Shown here: positions 62,661 to 64,000 of the stretch, one piece after another | Position numbering within the stretch: the stretch's first letter is position 1 | Layout of the letters: each line of letters opens with the position of its first letter | Source: Eledone cirrhosa | Taxonomy: Eukaryota | Direction of reading: 5' to 3' | Assembly (NCBI GenBank): GCA_964016885.1 | Contig: OZ024755.1 | Coordinates: 14,756,001-14,820,000, forward strand | Length of the DNA stretch: 64,000 nt | Notes under the pieces: generated by a model | The model's input: only the letters and a program-made list of their open reading frames with translations | The model's database searches: none | What the model was told of the DNA's origin: nothing | Position numbers and translations under genes: made by a program

Positions 62661-64000
62661 TACATATTCCTGTAGATAATTATATTTTATATTTTCTCCA
62701 AATAAAACATGACGTTCATATTTTTTTGTAATACATTTTAAAAAGAGAGTGCACCAATTCTTTTCTATATATTTATATTGTTATTATCCCATCTCTATTT
62801 TATTATCAATCTCTCCAGGTATCTTTTTTACCCATTTCTCTTTGTCACAACGCACACAATATATATTCCTCCTTTGTCACGTTTTCTCTACAATTTCTTA
62901 TTGCATTACATTATTTTTTTGTTTCCTATTCAACATTCAATTCTGATTACACGCTCACAGTTTATCTAAACAATATGGAAGTCAAGTGTTGATCAATTAG
63001 CATTTGAAATGGCTCGCTAGAGGGAGCTATTGCACGATATTGAACAAACATAGAAGATGTCAAGATGGGCGTGTAGACATATGCTGGCTGATAGATTAGA
63101 GATAACAGTATCCTCCAGAATGCGATAAAATCCATGTTTATTCAACAAAGTAGTAATACGTCCCAGTTCCCAAAGTATTCTTTAAAATCAATCTACGAAC
63201 GAATATATAAAATAAACCCAATAGAAATACAATAATAAGATTGAATGTAAAAAGGTTGCATGGAGACCTGATCATTTGTAACAATCCGATAACGATAAAA
63301 TTTAGAGATACATTGTGTTAAAGGTATGGAAATAACCCCGGAGTAAACAAAATAGATTTAACAAAAAGCATATAAAGCGTGGGTTTGATAGGTGGGCCGA
63401 GAGGCGTATGAAAATCTAGAATATATTTAAATGTGTTTGAATATTGTTTATTTATTTTGTTTTGTGGTAATGTTGGTGTCTTCTTTTTTTACAATTAAAA
63501 CTGTGCTATCATTGTTTCTTTTGTATAAAAAATAAAACATCCTACATCCACCTGCTTTTGATAAAGAGATTCTGAAAATACATCCAACCTAATCATAAGT
63601 GAAAGCAGATTTGAATAAATGAATTGAAAATCTAGCTAGTTAATGTGAAAACTGAAATCATGAACGGCGTATATTACATCATGGGATATACCATTGCATA
63701 GACAGTGACTCACTAATAAATTCAAACGTTATACATACACAAATATACATACATATATTCATTCATTCATATGTTTATATAACTATATGTGTGCATATGA
63801 AGTTATTACATGCTAAATTTCTGAAATATTTTTTTAGTTCCATTGATGGACTGTACTTTCAAATTCCTAATTAGCCACACTCTTTCTTTGTCAGTAGAGC
63901 CCATGTTTTTAAGAGTGTGTACTGAGGCAGAGATTATCCAAGTGCCCCAATGATCACAACTAAACTTGAGCTATAATAAAAGTATATTAAAGGTGTGCTC

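Overview
AT-rich, microsatellite-dense eukaryotic DNA. The SINE families and (TA)n/(CA)n/(CT)n load look like an octopus (cephalopod) genome; this is inferred, not shown. No host gene is clearly identifiable, only one weak terminal-exon candidate, and nearly all long ORFs in the track are (TA)n artefacts. Recognisable elements: (1) a 5'-truncated Penelope-like retroelement (PLE; RT + C-terminal GIY-YIG, minus strand, 18003-20554) with a 61-bp inverted pseudo-LTR; (2) two tandem 5'-truncated R4/Dong-type RLE LINE copies; (3) RTE and mariner remnants; (4) many tRNA-derived SINEs. The most interesting signal is at least 6-7 sequence-unrelated families of short elements embedded in (TA)n arrays. 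Most share one architecture: (TA)n - inverted arm - sense arm - unpaired 38-87 nt tail - (TA)n. Several carry type I/minimal hammerhead ribozyme motifs, and many carry a shared TGAGTRCTCT-like motif about 33-52 nt from the tail end. This suggests a community of (TA)n-targeting PLEs and their fold-back remnants with a common terminal cis-signal.
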